A stretch of 64,000 bases of DNA from Pelomyxa schiedti (lineage: Eukaryota; Protista; Evosea). The position numbers and the translations under genes are program-made. The DNA is taken from positions 88,947 through 152,946 of the forward strand of contig JAHLWZ010000022.1 in the NCBI GenBank assembly GCA_020536535.1. Reading direction: 5' to 3'. Each line of letters starts with the position of its first letter. Within the stretch, counting starts at the first letter, position 1. The notes beneath the pieces were generated by a model. The model saw only the letters and a list, made by a program, of their open reading frames with translations. It did no database searches and was not told the origin of the DNA. This document shows, in pieces, positions 1 to 10,200 of this stretch.

Positions 1-140
1 GGCTGCCTGGAGCGACAGTGCCACAAGTTTGGTTGTGAGACATGCCTCAATCCCAAAAAGGAGAGGGGCTTTGAGCTTTTTTCTTTTGTTTTGGTTTACT
101 TATGTGCATGTATTAATAGGGCTGGGCAAGTTATTGTCTT

Positions 141-1917
141 CTATGAGCTCAGAAACACAACAGATTTGAGTTCTCGTTGATCTCGTACTGAAACTGCAGG
201 CAAACAAGTGCCAGCAACAATCGGGCCCTCCTGTAAGTTGTGAGCACATAGGCAGGGATGCAAACTACACACCTGCCAAAATGTCGACATAGTTGCCCTA
301 TTGAAAGGTACTTTTGGTGGATCCCAGACATGAACAATAGGTGTGTTTGACAAGTTAGCAAGCAAGATTATGTAGCACATTTCTTCATGCAGCTTGTGGA
401 GTGTGTCTGCCACGTCCTTGTGACCAGAGCAAATTTGAAGAAACTTACTGCCCTTGAGGTGATTTTTGGAGAGCTCCTTAATTTTAAACAGTTGCAGGTG
501 ATTCCTTCGCATGTACTCATAAATAAAGCTTTCAGCCAATTCGTCACGTGTTTCACTGGTTGCCAGGGGTGAGAACACTTCTTTTTTGAGACCGTCAATT
601 TGAAGGGTTATGAGTGTTTCAGTTGCTTTGAAAATTTGTAGGCAAAAACCGCTCTGCTTTGACGGAATATTACATTGAGTTAATGAGAGCTTGTCATAAA
701 CGAAATTGGCGAACATCTGTACTATAGTTGGGGCTATATGAAGTTCGAGATAAAGGTACATTGTCCCGAAACTCTTTGTATCTAGAAATGATTTCATGTA
801 GCAGAGGAAAACCATTGGTCAAGGAAGGTGCCTCGCCTATAACAGGACAGAGGGGAGTAGCCTCTGAGGGCCTAGATTCCAATTCGGCTACCTTACGTTG
901 TAGTTCCCAGATTTGCTGTATGGAGTGAGTAAAGATTTTCTTCTAGATGGGAGCAACCTTATTCTTTAACCGCTCTTCCTGTCTAAGTTGGGATATTGTC
1001 ACCTCAGACTCCACCTGGTTCTGATTGTTGCAACAGGCAGAAGCGGTATAGTTTTGTGAAGTGAGTGAGCGTTTGCTAATATTGTGGCATGCTTCCTCCA
1101 TCTGCCTACATATTTCCGACAAGTTCTGAATGTCCTGGGCGGTTTTCTCCAGCTCAACTTCTTTGGTGGAGCAATCGCCCTCCCTTGTTATGCACGCGTC
1201 CTCTCGCTTACGGCACTCCTCCTCCGCTCGTTGCAGCGCAGCGTCCCTTTCCTTGAATTCCTCTTCACTCCGTTGCAACACAGTGTCCCGTTCCCTGAAC
1301 GCATCTTCACTCCTTTGCAGCTGAGCTTCCCTTTTCCTAAACTCCTCCTCACTCCTCTGTAGCTCCGCCTCCCTTTTCCTGAGCTCGGCTTCCTCCAGTT
1401 GCAGCTGAGCCTCCTTTTGCCTGAGCTGCTCCGCAGTATGCGCCAGAGCAAGTCTTTCGCGGTCCCCCTCTTCCGTGCCGCAGCCACCGTGCCCGTGGTG
1501 CTGCTGGTGCTGGTGCTGGTGCTGCTGCTGCTGCTCCTCTTCGGAACTCCCCCTTCGGCTATGCGAGGCGTGCCTTGCATCGCCTGCCGAATGGCCCTCG
1601 CTATCAACCGGGTCCGCGCGTTTGATAACTACCACGACGCTTTTGGGGGCCGCGCGTGACGGCGACGTTGACGTGGCCGAGCTTCCCCCGCCGGTGACGT
1701 AGGTTGTGGTTGTGGTTGTGGTTGTACATGATGATGTACATGTAGGCGGCGAGGCTGGTTGTGGTGCCCCCGACCGGGCCGTTGTTGTTGCGCCTTTCCT
1801 GCGTATGAGTTCCTCCTGGGCCTTCTCTTTATCTCGGGAAGAAAGTTTCTTCCTAGCAAGTTTGCTGTCATTTTCACCTGTTGGCCCACTGTTGGTGCTT
1901 CGACTGCGCAGGTTCAT
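141..1917 (-). CDS. Coiled-coil protein with C-terminal GrpE/Mieap-like domain (paralog 1), spliced
   Basis: ORFs 943-1917, 694-882 and 141-815 join in frame via GT-AG introns (about 916-957, 717-759, 231-272). The spliced C-terminus reads HVWDPPKVPFNRATMSTFWQ|EGPIVAGTCLPAVSVRDQRELKSVVFLSS*. It shares TNGFPLLHEI..YKEFRD and ANFV(Y/W)DK with the neighbouring gene. The domain call is by eye. Confidence 0.7.
1160..1410 (-). repeat. Coding tandem 42-nt (14-aa, double-heptad) repeat
   Basis: Units: LQLEEAELRKREAE / LQRSEEEFRKREAQ / LQRSEDAFRERDTV / LQRSEEEFKERDAA / LQRAEEECRKREDA / CITREGDCSTKEVE. Confidence 0.85.
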
Positions 1918-1990
1918 CGTTTGTATTTTTGCACAGAGAATAATAAAATAACAAAGTTTTTCTTTTTTGTGTGTAGCCAGCTCAACTTGG

Positions 1991-3896
1991 CTACCATCTA
2001 GGTTTTACAAGAACAGTGGCTTTGAGCTCCCGGTGGTCGCCAGTGAAAACAGCTGGCAAAACGACCAGACTTGCAAGGTAGACCTTTGTGGGGTTGTTCA
2101 GGTCCTCTTCTTGCTGAAATAAAATTAGTCACACGTTCAAACAAGATGAAGTATCCGCATACTGTGTAGAATTTCTCCATTGTGGTTTTATCAAATTGAG
2201 TTCCAACTCCACTCCAAACATGCGTGATTTCGGTATTTGAAATGTGAACCAAAATCATCATATTCAGAGCTGACTCGATAATTCGAGACACATCACGGTA
2301 GTCTGTTTTGAGGCCGCCGTAATATTGCATATTCAGCACTCGCCCAACCTCACGAACCATGAGGGGGATGTCAAACAGGTTCTTGTAGTTTCGTCTATAA
2401 TACTCCATCAGAAAGTTCTGTGTATATGAGTCGAGTGCAGTAAGAAGAAATGCTCCGGCCACTCTTCTCTGGATATTCTGGATTTCTTTCACCACAAAGT
2501 CCTCACTGCTATGAAAAAGCTGGCAACAGAATTGCGCTTGCGCCTCTGGTGTCTGGTAACTGCGATACAATGGTAGCTTGTCCCATACAAAATTTGCCAA
2601 CTCCTTCGCGGAAGTCAAGGAAATATGAGAAGCAGAGACAAACTGTATCCCGAAATTCTTTGTAGGCTCTCAGAATCTCATGTAAAAGTGGAAAACCGTT
2701 GGTTATGGAGGCAGCAGCGCCTGGAACAAGCGGAACTGTTGTCTCTCTGAGACGCTTTTCAAGCTCAGAAACTTTTTGTTCCAAGTCCCAGTGAGCCTTT
2801 GAGTGTGAATTAAGAGGAAAAAAAAAAGGGGGTGGAAATTGACCTTATTTTTTTGGCGTACTTCATCCTCCAGTTTTGCTTTCTCGATTTCAAATGTTGT
2901 TATCTAATCGCGAATGAGGGGATTTCAGAGAAATGAAAAATAGACCTGCTGACGGGCAGTCCCCAGCTGTACTTTGAGTTCTTTTGTTCTAGAGAGTTCT
3001 TCCAAGAAGGAATTATGTTGACTCAATCTTCCAACTTGAAGCTGCATACTATCCACCAGTTGTTTCAAGAGTTGAGGCGGTGCAGGGGTTTGTTCTGCCT
3101 GTTTCAACTGAGCGTCTTTCTGTCGGAGGCTCTCCTCGGTTTTTTTAAGAACCAACTCCCTCGATGCGCACATACATTCTCTCTGCTTTAACATTTCTTC
3201 CCTTTCACTCATTGATGCTTCTTTTCTTGTAATAGTTTCTTCTCGATTACGAAGGTCGGCCTCCTTTTCCTTATTCTCATCCACTCCTGAACCCGGAGCT
3301 GCATCTTTTCTTACAAAATGCTCTTCTATCAAAGATGCATATATTTGATTTTGTTCTTCCAGTCTCCGTTCTTGATCTTGGAATGTAGATACCTCACCAT
3401 TCAGTTTGAGACAGAATGTCTCGAGCACGGAGCGTCTTTCATCCAGAGATTGGATTAAATCCTTCAGCAGTTTCTCCTGCAAGTCTAATTGTGACTGGCG
3501 GTCAATGCCCACTTGCTGTTGCGCTTTGAGAGTTTGTACTTGAGAGAGCAATTCGGTCTTCTCTTTTTCAAGGGACTGTATTTGTTGGTCTTTGAGGCGG
3601 AACTCTCCCTGATATGCTGCCCAACACCGCTCGTTTGCCTCCGCAGTTGCTCTGGAAAGTATTGCCTGCCTTTCGCTATTGTTCAGCTGTCTCACGTGCT
3701 CCAGCTGTCTTGTTTCTGCCTTAACTTGCTCCTGGAGCCTGGAAAGAGTGCTCATCCGTTCCTCTATTTGGAGGGCCAGGTTATTGCTCAAGACCGTTCT
3801 AGGGTCGATTTCCATCACAGTACTTACACTGCCTGTCGGTACTTGGTGTGCAACAACCGACGAGGAACCAGTAATGCCCGGCAATGACCCCGACAT
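1991..3896 (-). CDS. Coiled-coil protein with C-terminal GrpE/Mieap-like domain (paralog 2), spliced
   Basis: ORFs 2925-3896, 2509-2784 and 1998-2618 join by introns, including 2604-2643 and 2114-2162. The spliced C-terminus reads HVWSGVGTQFDKTTMEKFYT|QEEDLNNPTKVYLASLVVLPAVFTGDHRELKATVLVKPRW*, with TAG at 1991-1993. Intron positions match paralog 1. Confidence 0.7.
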
Positions 3897-4065
3897 ACCC
3901 TTTTTTTTTGTTTATTTGGTCTTTGGTGTCAACCCAACGGCACCTAAGTTAAGAACCAACTAGCTCATGTCCAACTTGGCTTTCAAAATTCCTGGCAGTA
4001 CTTTGGTGGGTAGGTGGGACAACCAAAAAGCAGTAAAAAAAACAAAAACACCCGATAAAACCAAA
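3897..4065. promoter_or_regulatory. Putative bidirectional promoter between GrpE-like gene 2 and the Hsp70-vWA gene
   Basis: Divergent ATGs at 3896 (-) and 4066 (+) are 169 bp apart, and each is preceded by an A-rich leader. Confidence 0.5.
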
Positions 4066-6798
4066 ATGGCGGCCTCCACCCCCGCAAGTTCGACAACACC
4101 CACCAGCAGCTCCTGGAGTAAATACGCAGTCATATGCGCTGTTGACTTCGGAACAGCGCGAACTGGGTTTGCGTGGCTGTACACCCAGAATCCAGGGGAG
4201 GTGTATGACAACCCGCCATGGCCTCAGACTCCAGGGGGTTACCCAAAGACTTCCACCGAGATCATACTTACCAAAGACACGCACGAGGTTGTTGCGTTTG
4301 GATTCGCTGCTCGTAACCAGATGGCATCGATGAACGACGCCGCGGCGGCGAAGGTTTTGCNNNNNNNNNNNNNNNNNNNNNNNNNNNNNNNNNNNNNNNN
4401 NNNNNNNNNNNNNNNNNNNNNNNNNNNNNNNNNNNNNNNNNNNNNNNNNNNNNNNNNNNNTACCCAAAGACTTCCACCGAGATCATACTTACCAAAGACA
4501 CGCACGAGGTTGTTGCGTTTGGATTCGCTGCTCGTAACCAGATGGCATCGATGAACGACGCCGCGGCGGCGAAGGTTTTGCACTTCTCCAAGTTTAAGAT
4601 GTTTCTGGACCCAAATTCGGCCAGAGCTGTGCAGGTAAAAGCATCAAACTGTGATGAAACTTTGCCACTGGTCGAAGTCATTTCAAAGGTGCTGGAGACT
4701 GTCAAAAAGGAGGCATTGAAGGTATTTGCGTCGCAAGGAAGAACCCTTGTAGCAAATTCAATTTTGTGGGTTCTCACTGTTCCTGCAATCTGGGATTCCG
4801 CTGCTAAGACCATTATGACGGAGGCTGCTCAAAGGGCTGGCTACGGGACAGATAACGTAATGCTAGCACTGGAACCAGAGGCTGCTTCACTCTATTGCAT
4901 GTTTAAGTCAACGCTGCCTACGCAGTTTCATAGACCAGGAACGAGGTATATCATAATTGATGCCGGCGGCGGTACTGTAGATATTACAGTTCATGAGATT
5001 CAATCGGATTTATCAGTTCATGAACTATTGCCGGCTTCTGGTGGTGCTTGGGGTTCAACATATGTAGATGACGGCATGTTGAGGCTAATTGAAGAGATTT
5101 TTGGGCAGACTGCAATTGCTGCAGCACGTAAGTTTCCTGATTGGGTAGAAGTTCTGGAGAAGATAGAGTCAAATAAAATGAGTTGTACGCCAGAATCAGT
5201 TGCTGAAGGCGCTCTCAGGAACTTGGATTTTGCTCTAGTGACAGAAGTTTTGAAGGGTACCACAATTAAAGACTGCATCGCCAGGTTTAATACTTCAAAA
5301 CCTGGCATGAATCTCACCTGTCGTGGATCTTCTACTGTCCGGATTTCCTCCAAAATAATCAGTGACATTATTACTCCGTTGGCCAAAAAAGCAGCCGACC
5401 ATGTTGCCACACTCCTCGAATCTGTGGATGTTTCACTTATTCTCCTTGTTGGTGGATTCAGTGAAAGCCCAATTTATCAAAAGATTTTCAGGGATCGATT
5501 CGCAACTGACACGAGGCTCGTTATTATTCCACAGAGGCCAGGCTTTGCCGTACTTTTTGGAGCTGTCCTATTTGGACTCAATCCAGGAGTAATATCCAGC
5601 AGATCATCAATGTATACATATGGAATAGATATGATGGAACTGTGGAACTCAGACAAACATGGCTCGCGCCCGAAAATTGTAGCGGACGGGAAGAACTACT
5701 GTGGGAATGTGTTTGATATATTCATCATGGCCGGGCAACCTGTTGACCTGGTAAGTCAGGTCAGACGAGTATATACTCCAGTAAGTCCAGACCAGGCGGA
5801 AGTAGAACTTTGTGTCTATAGAAGCAAAAATAAGAGTCCCAAATTCACAAACGAGGAGGGAGTGAAATATGTTGGAGTTCTTTCGTTACCTCTTTCTGAT
5901 ATTGGAAGACCAATTGCTGACAGGCAAGTTGAGGTCTTAATGAAGTTTGGAGGAACCAATATAACTGTTTCGGCAATACACAAAAATAGTGGGGAACTAG
6001 TCAATGCACAGTACCGGGAATACTTGAGTGAGTATTTATTTTCTACATCAAGGAAATTAAATATGGTGACATATACCAGATGACGCTGAACTACCCCAAA
6101 AACCAGTAGCAACTAGTCCCTATTCCATTGATCTATGTTTTGCAATGGTGTGTATTCTGTGTCTTGAAAGTACCCTTTCTCACCTACCAAAGGATTGCAC
6201 CGGTTCTATGTCAAGCTGGATAACTCGAACGAAGGAGGAAGTTGTGTCTATTGCAGGGCAAATACGGTCGCGATTTGCCAAGTCCAGTCTGCGAATTGCC
6301 TTTATTGGCTACCGCGATCACTGCGACACTCCCATTCATGCTATACACCCCTTCAACGAGGATGCCGGCAGCATGAAAATATTTCTAGAAGCAGTGAAAG
6401 CCACGGGGGGCGGAGACACCCCAGAAGACGTACTCGGAGCACTGATGGCTTGCTCTCAGCAGAAATGGACTTCTTCAGCCCGAGTGCTGGTCCACATTGG
6501 AGACGCCCCGTGCCACGGCACAATGTACCACTCGTGCGGCGACGACTCGTACCCGGACGGAGACCCCAATGGCCTGACCCATGACTTTGTGCTGCGTAAG
6601 CTGGCCGCGTTGAAGATAGACTACTACTTCATGAAGTTGAACAACAGCACCGACCAGATGGCGAACATTTACAGCAACACGTACAAGGCAGTGTCTGGGA
6701 GGCCCATACACATGATCGACATCGGGTCCAACGTAGCAGCACTTCTGCCAACCGTCGTGGAGTGTGTTGTAAAGTCCATCACCAAACTGAGCCAGTAA
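4066..6798 (+). CDS. HSPA12-like Hsp70 fused to a C-terminal vWA domain (vwkA-like MIDAS)
   Basis: Hsp70/HSPA12 motifs: VDFGTARTGFAW, WVLTVPAIWD, ALEPEAAS, IIDAGGGTVDIT, GGAWGSTYVD, LVGGFSESP. The reading frame is continuous once the duplicated gap flanks are collapsed. Introns 6028-6079 and 6148-6192 give ...REYLNDAELPQKPVATSPYSIDLCFAMDCTGSMSSWI...GGGDTPEDV...HIGDAPCHG. Confidence 0.88.
4361..4460. other. Assembly gap (100 N) flanked by an identical 121-bp overlap (false gap)
   Basis: 4240-4360 is repeated at 4461-4581, and merging the two keeps the Hsp70 frame. Confidence 0.93.
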
Positions 6799-7233
6799 CA
6801 ACTGTAATTTTCGGATAAAAAAAACCTCAAATACGGCGAAAACAAAGAAATTCAAATGAGTGCATAGGTGCTGCTCCCTTCACCGTTTCTCCAACCCCCC
6901 ACCTTCGAACCATGCCAAGTTTTAGAATGGAAATCAAGTTGTGTTGTTTAGCTGAAGGGTTAGATTATGGCGATCAGATCAAATCCGCGAAAAAAGAACT
7001 TGTTCTTATCCCATACTTCTTCAAGAACAGATGCACAGGGATGTTGTGTTGGAGGAGCAAGTGAAGAAACAACATAAACAAAAGTTTTTTTTCTTTGTTT
7101 CCCCAGGGTGGCGGCACTGACTGGCTTATGTACATGACCACCCTGAAGCGGTAATCTGACTTGACTGCAAAGTGCATCATCAGAGGTCTTTATTTTATTC
7201 AGCCAAGTGAGGGGGGTCTGGTAGTAAAATAAG

Positions 7234-10200
7234 TTATGGTTGTTGAGCCATCGACGTTGTGGTTGTGGTTGTGGTTGTGGTTTGAGTTGGGGATCTGCAA
7301 ATTGCCTCAGTCAGAGTGAGTCTAGAATGACTTGGTGGTGCTAAAGCTAATCTGTTAGGCTCCTGGTTATCAGGGCTTGTGGGGGCTTCCATAATGTTGG
7401 GCATCAATGAAACATTTTGTGGTGGCACACTGGCAATCATTTTGAGAGTTTCTGCCAGTTGGGGTATCTCTGTGTGGCGGTGCTGTCCAACATTGCCTGC
7501 CAGTTCCATCATTTTCTCCTCTGCCCCCCAGGCACCAATACTGATGCAGTAAATTGGTACCTTTCCTTGAAACTCTTTGAAGATTGCACAGAGCTCTTTT
7601 TTCCCCGTCTTGTCACCTCCATCAGAGACAACAATGAGCTGTGCGGAAAATTCGTCCCTTTTTGGAGACTGTTAAGACGGAAGCTTGAGAGGGAAAATTA
7701 ATACCAATTTGTACTTCGTAGTACTTCTTGGCACTTGAGCAATGCAGGAGAAAACGCTGTTGAACTCCCAAAAGGGCCGGAAACCTTTGATTCAAATTCG
7801 AGTGCTTCCTCACGTGTACACGGTGGTATTACATGATCCACTCCTCCAGAGAAGAAGACGAAACTGTACAAATCATTTGGATTGTCTCTTCGCTGGATAT
7901 AAGTCTTCACACTGATCACAAGTGCTTCCCACGCGTTACTATAGCCGGTTCCCCAAGAGTACAAAGCACTCTTCATAGAGGAGGACCTGTCAAGACAAAA
8001 AACTACGTGCAGGTCTTGTGGGGTCCCGTGCAAGTGGCTGAACAGGTGCCCATCTTCCGAAGCATAACCCACTTGTTCCAGAAAAGTGGTCTTTCTGCCT
8101 TTGTTGAGAGGACACGGGGGATGCCACAGCGGAAGTAAACACATGACTCTGTCTCTATGGGAATTGCAACAGGCGTGAGGGCACTGTTTGAACGATGGAA
8201 TCTGCTCTGGTGCGCACGGATCCACAAAGTTGATGAAGTTCCAGTATTTTTCGTGGGTGAGTTCATCCTTTGGAGAGTCTGGATCTGGGTTGTACTGCAC
8301 AACGGCGTGTCGTAGGCCTTCTTCTCCCCTTGAGCAGGTGGTTTTGGACTTGCATGGGAGTACGTGGATATGCCCTCTTCCACCTTCAACACAGAATGAA
8401 TCGCACATTTTTGCCCATCCCACTTCTCCCGCGCGGTATACTTGCCCGTGTAGCTCAATATCGTTTTCTGTTGAAACAAAGTGTGCATGTATCATTTTGC
8501 CATGACGGCCGGTATCGTGTTGTCCCTTGTGCCCAAACTTAAGCTGACAGTTGTAGCCACAGGCTGGGCACACCTCAAGGCAGAAATGATGAGTGGAGTG
8601 CTCACTGTGTCTATGACTGTCACCGTGTGTCAATTTTCCTTCAGGTATCATTGCACAACAAGGTAGTTTTCTTTGCTCCGGTACAGTGATTGTATCGTAC
8701 TCGATGTTCGGCTCCTTCACCGAAACACGGAATGTAACTGGTCTTCGAATGTACTTTACCTCGCAACAGCCATCTTGGTTGCAGATCTCTGGACATCTGT
8801 GAGCGTTGGCACATAAGTGGGTATTTGCGGTGGAGTCTTCATTTCCATGAAAGTGGTGGGAGGCGCATGTATTCCGACAGTTTTGGGAGAAGAAACAAGC
8901 ATGCAAGCACTTATTCATCCCGCAGTCGTGTTGTTTGTGGCTGTCACAGGAAAGTTTGCAGCGTCGTGCGCAAGGTTGCCCTCCAGGACCAATTGCCGAA
9001 CAGGGATCTCCACACGTGTGACTTCGAGCACTGCACTTGCAGCCACCGTCGTGGTTAAGTGGGAGACTGCAGAATTTGTTGCAACCATCTCTGTCTAAGA
9101 GTTGGCAGGTTTTATTGCAGGTATGACCCTGCCGGCAGTCGTGCGCTCCACTATGGGCAGACGTGTAGAAACATTGGGTTTTTTTCCCAAGCTGATTGCA
9201 GTTAACACAGTGGTCTTCGCAGTGGTGAGACCCACAGCAGTCGTGCTCGCCCGAATGTTGACGTAGAAGCAAGCAAAGCAATCCACAGTTATCACAAGTA
9301 TTCGTGCAAAGTGCTAGTGCATCCAGTTGTTGCATGGCACGTGCGACTTCGGTCTGGAATGCAATAACATTTTGGTCTTCTCTCCATTCCGCCTTTATGT
9401 TGGAACTGATCCACAGTTTTACATGGTTCTTGCGGCTTTCTATAACAAGCTCCACAAACTTCTTGAATTGATCACGTCCGCTTTGGACTGATTGTTTGAT
9501 TTTTGGAAAGTACTTTTCAAATTGAGCCTTTAACTCGTTTCGTATTCGAAGTAAATCTTGTTCGTCTGTTGTGTCCAGATTAAAATGCGAGATGGGAATT
9601 CTTAAGCCAGAAAGCTCGACTTCGTCACAAGAAATGACCTCTCTGGTCAGGAAATTGGTGAGCTGTCCAACAGGACTGGTGACTTTGGTTCTCCCATAAG
9701 ATATGGCTGAAGGAAGCCCTTTTTGAAGCTTTTTAATAGCAATTTTCACATCCTGACCGACAAGAGAAGACCAGTCCTTCAAATTCAGCTTGGCTAATAA
9801 CAACTTCATCTCATCTACGAACTCGGCGCCCAGGAACTGCGATCTTTGTTCCTGAAGGAGTGTCTTGCACCTTTCCAAGCTTTCATTATATCCAGGGGTA
9901 CCGAAGTGGTGACACAGTATAAACTCAAACTGTCCGGAAAACATGCATGTAAGAAAATTATTTCCCTGGTTCTGCGAGATGAGCTCACGGAATTTGGACT
10001 CAAACTCCGCCCCTAAGCTGCTTATGTCCCTTTCCTCAACATCTCTTGCCATCAGAGCAAAGAACCCTCTGAAGAGTTTTTCATCACCGTGCACTAGTCC
10101 AATGCCCCGCTGAAACTTTTGGAACATCTGCTCAGTTTCCCGGTCAACATTCAATGCAGTCCGGAAAAGAGTCAAGTTTGAGACAGCGGCATTTAAAACT

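Noticed and set aside
3967-4554. Internal tandem duplication or frameshift in Hsp70
   Set aside because: An exact overlap around the N gap, so an assembly artefact.
6145-6798. Stand-alone vWA gene as given by the ORF track
   Set aside because: Its first 16 codons are mostly a 45-nt intron. The first vWA strand lies in the upstream exon spliced to Hsp70.
6300-6798. GC rise in the vWA exon as evidence of foreign origin
   Set aside because: Similar GC rises occur at the 3' ends of filamin and the PLAT gene, so it looks like a positional effect.
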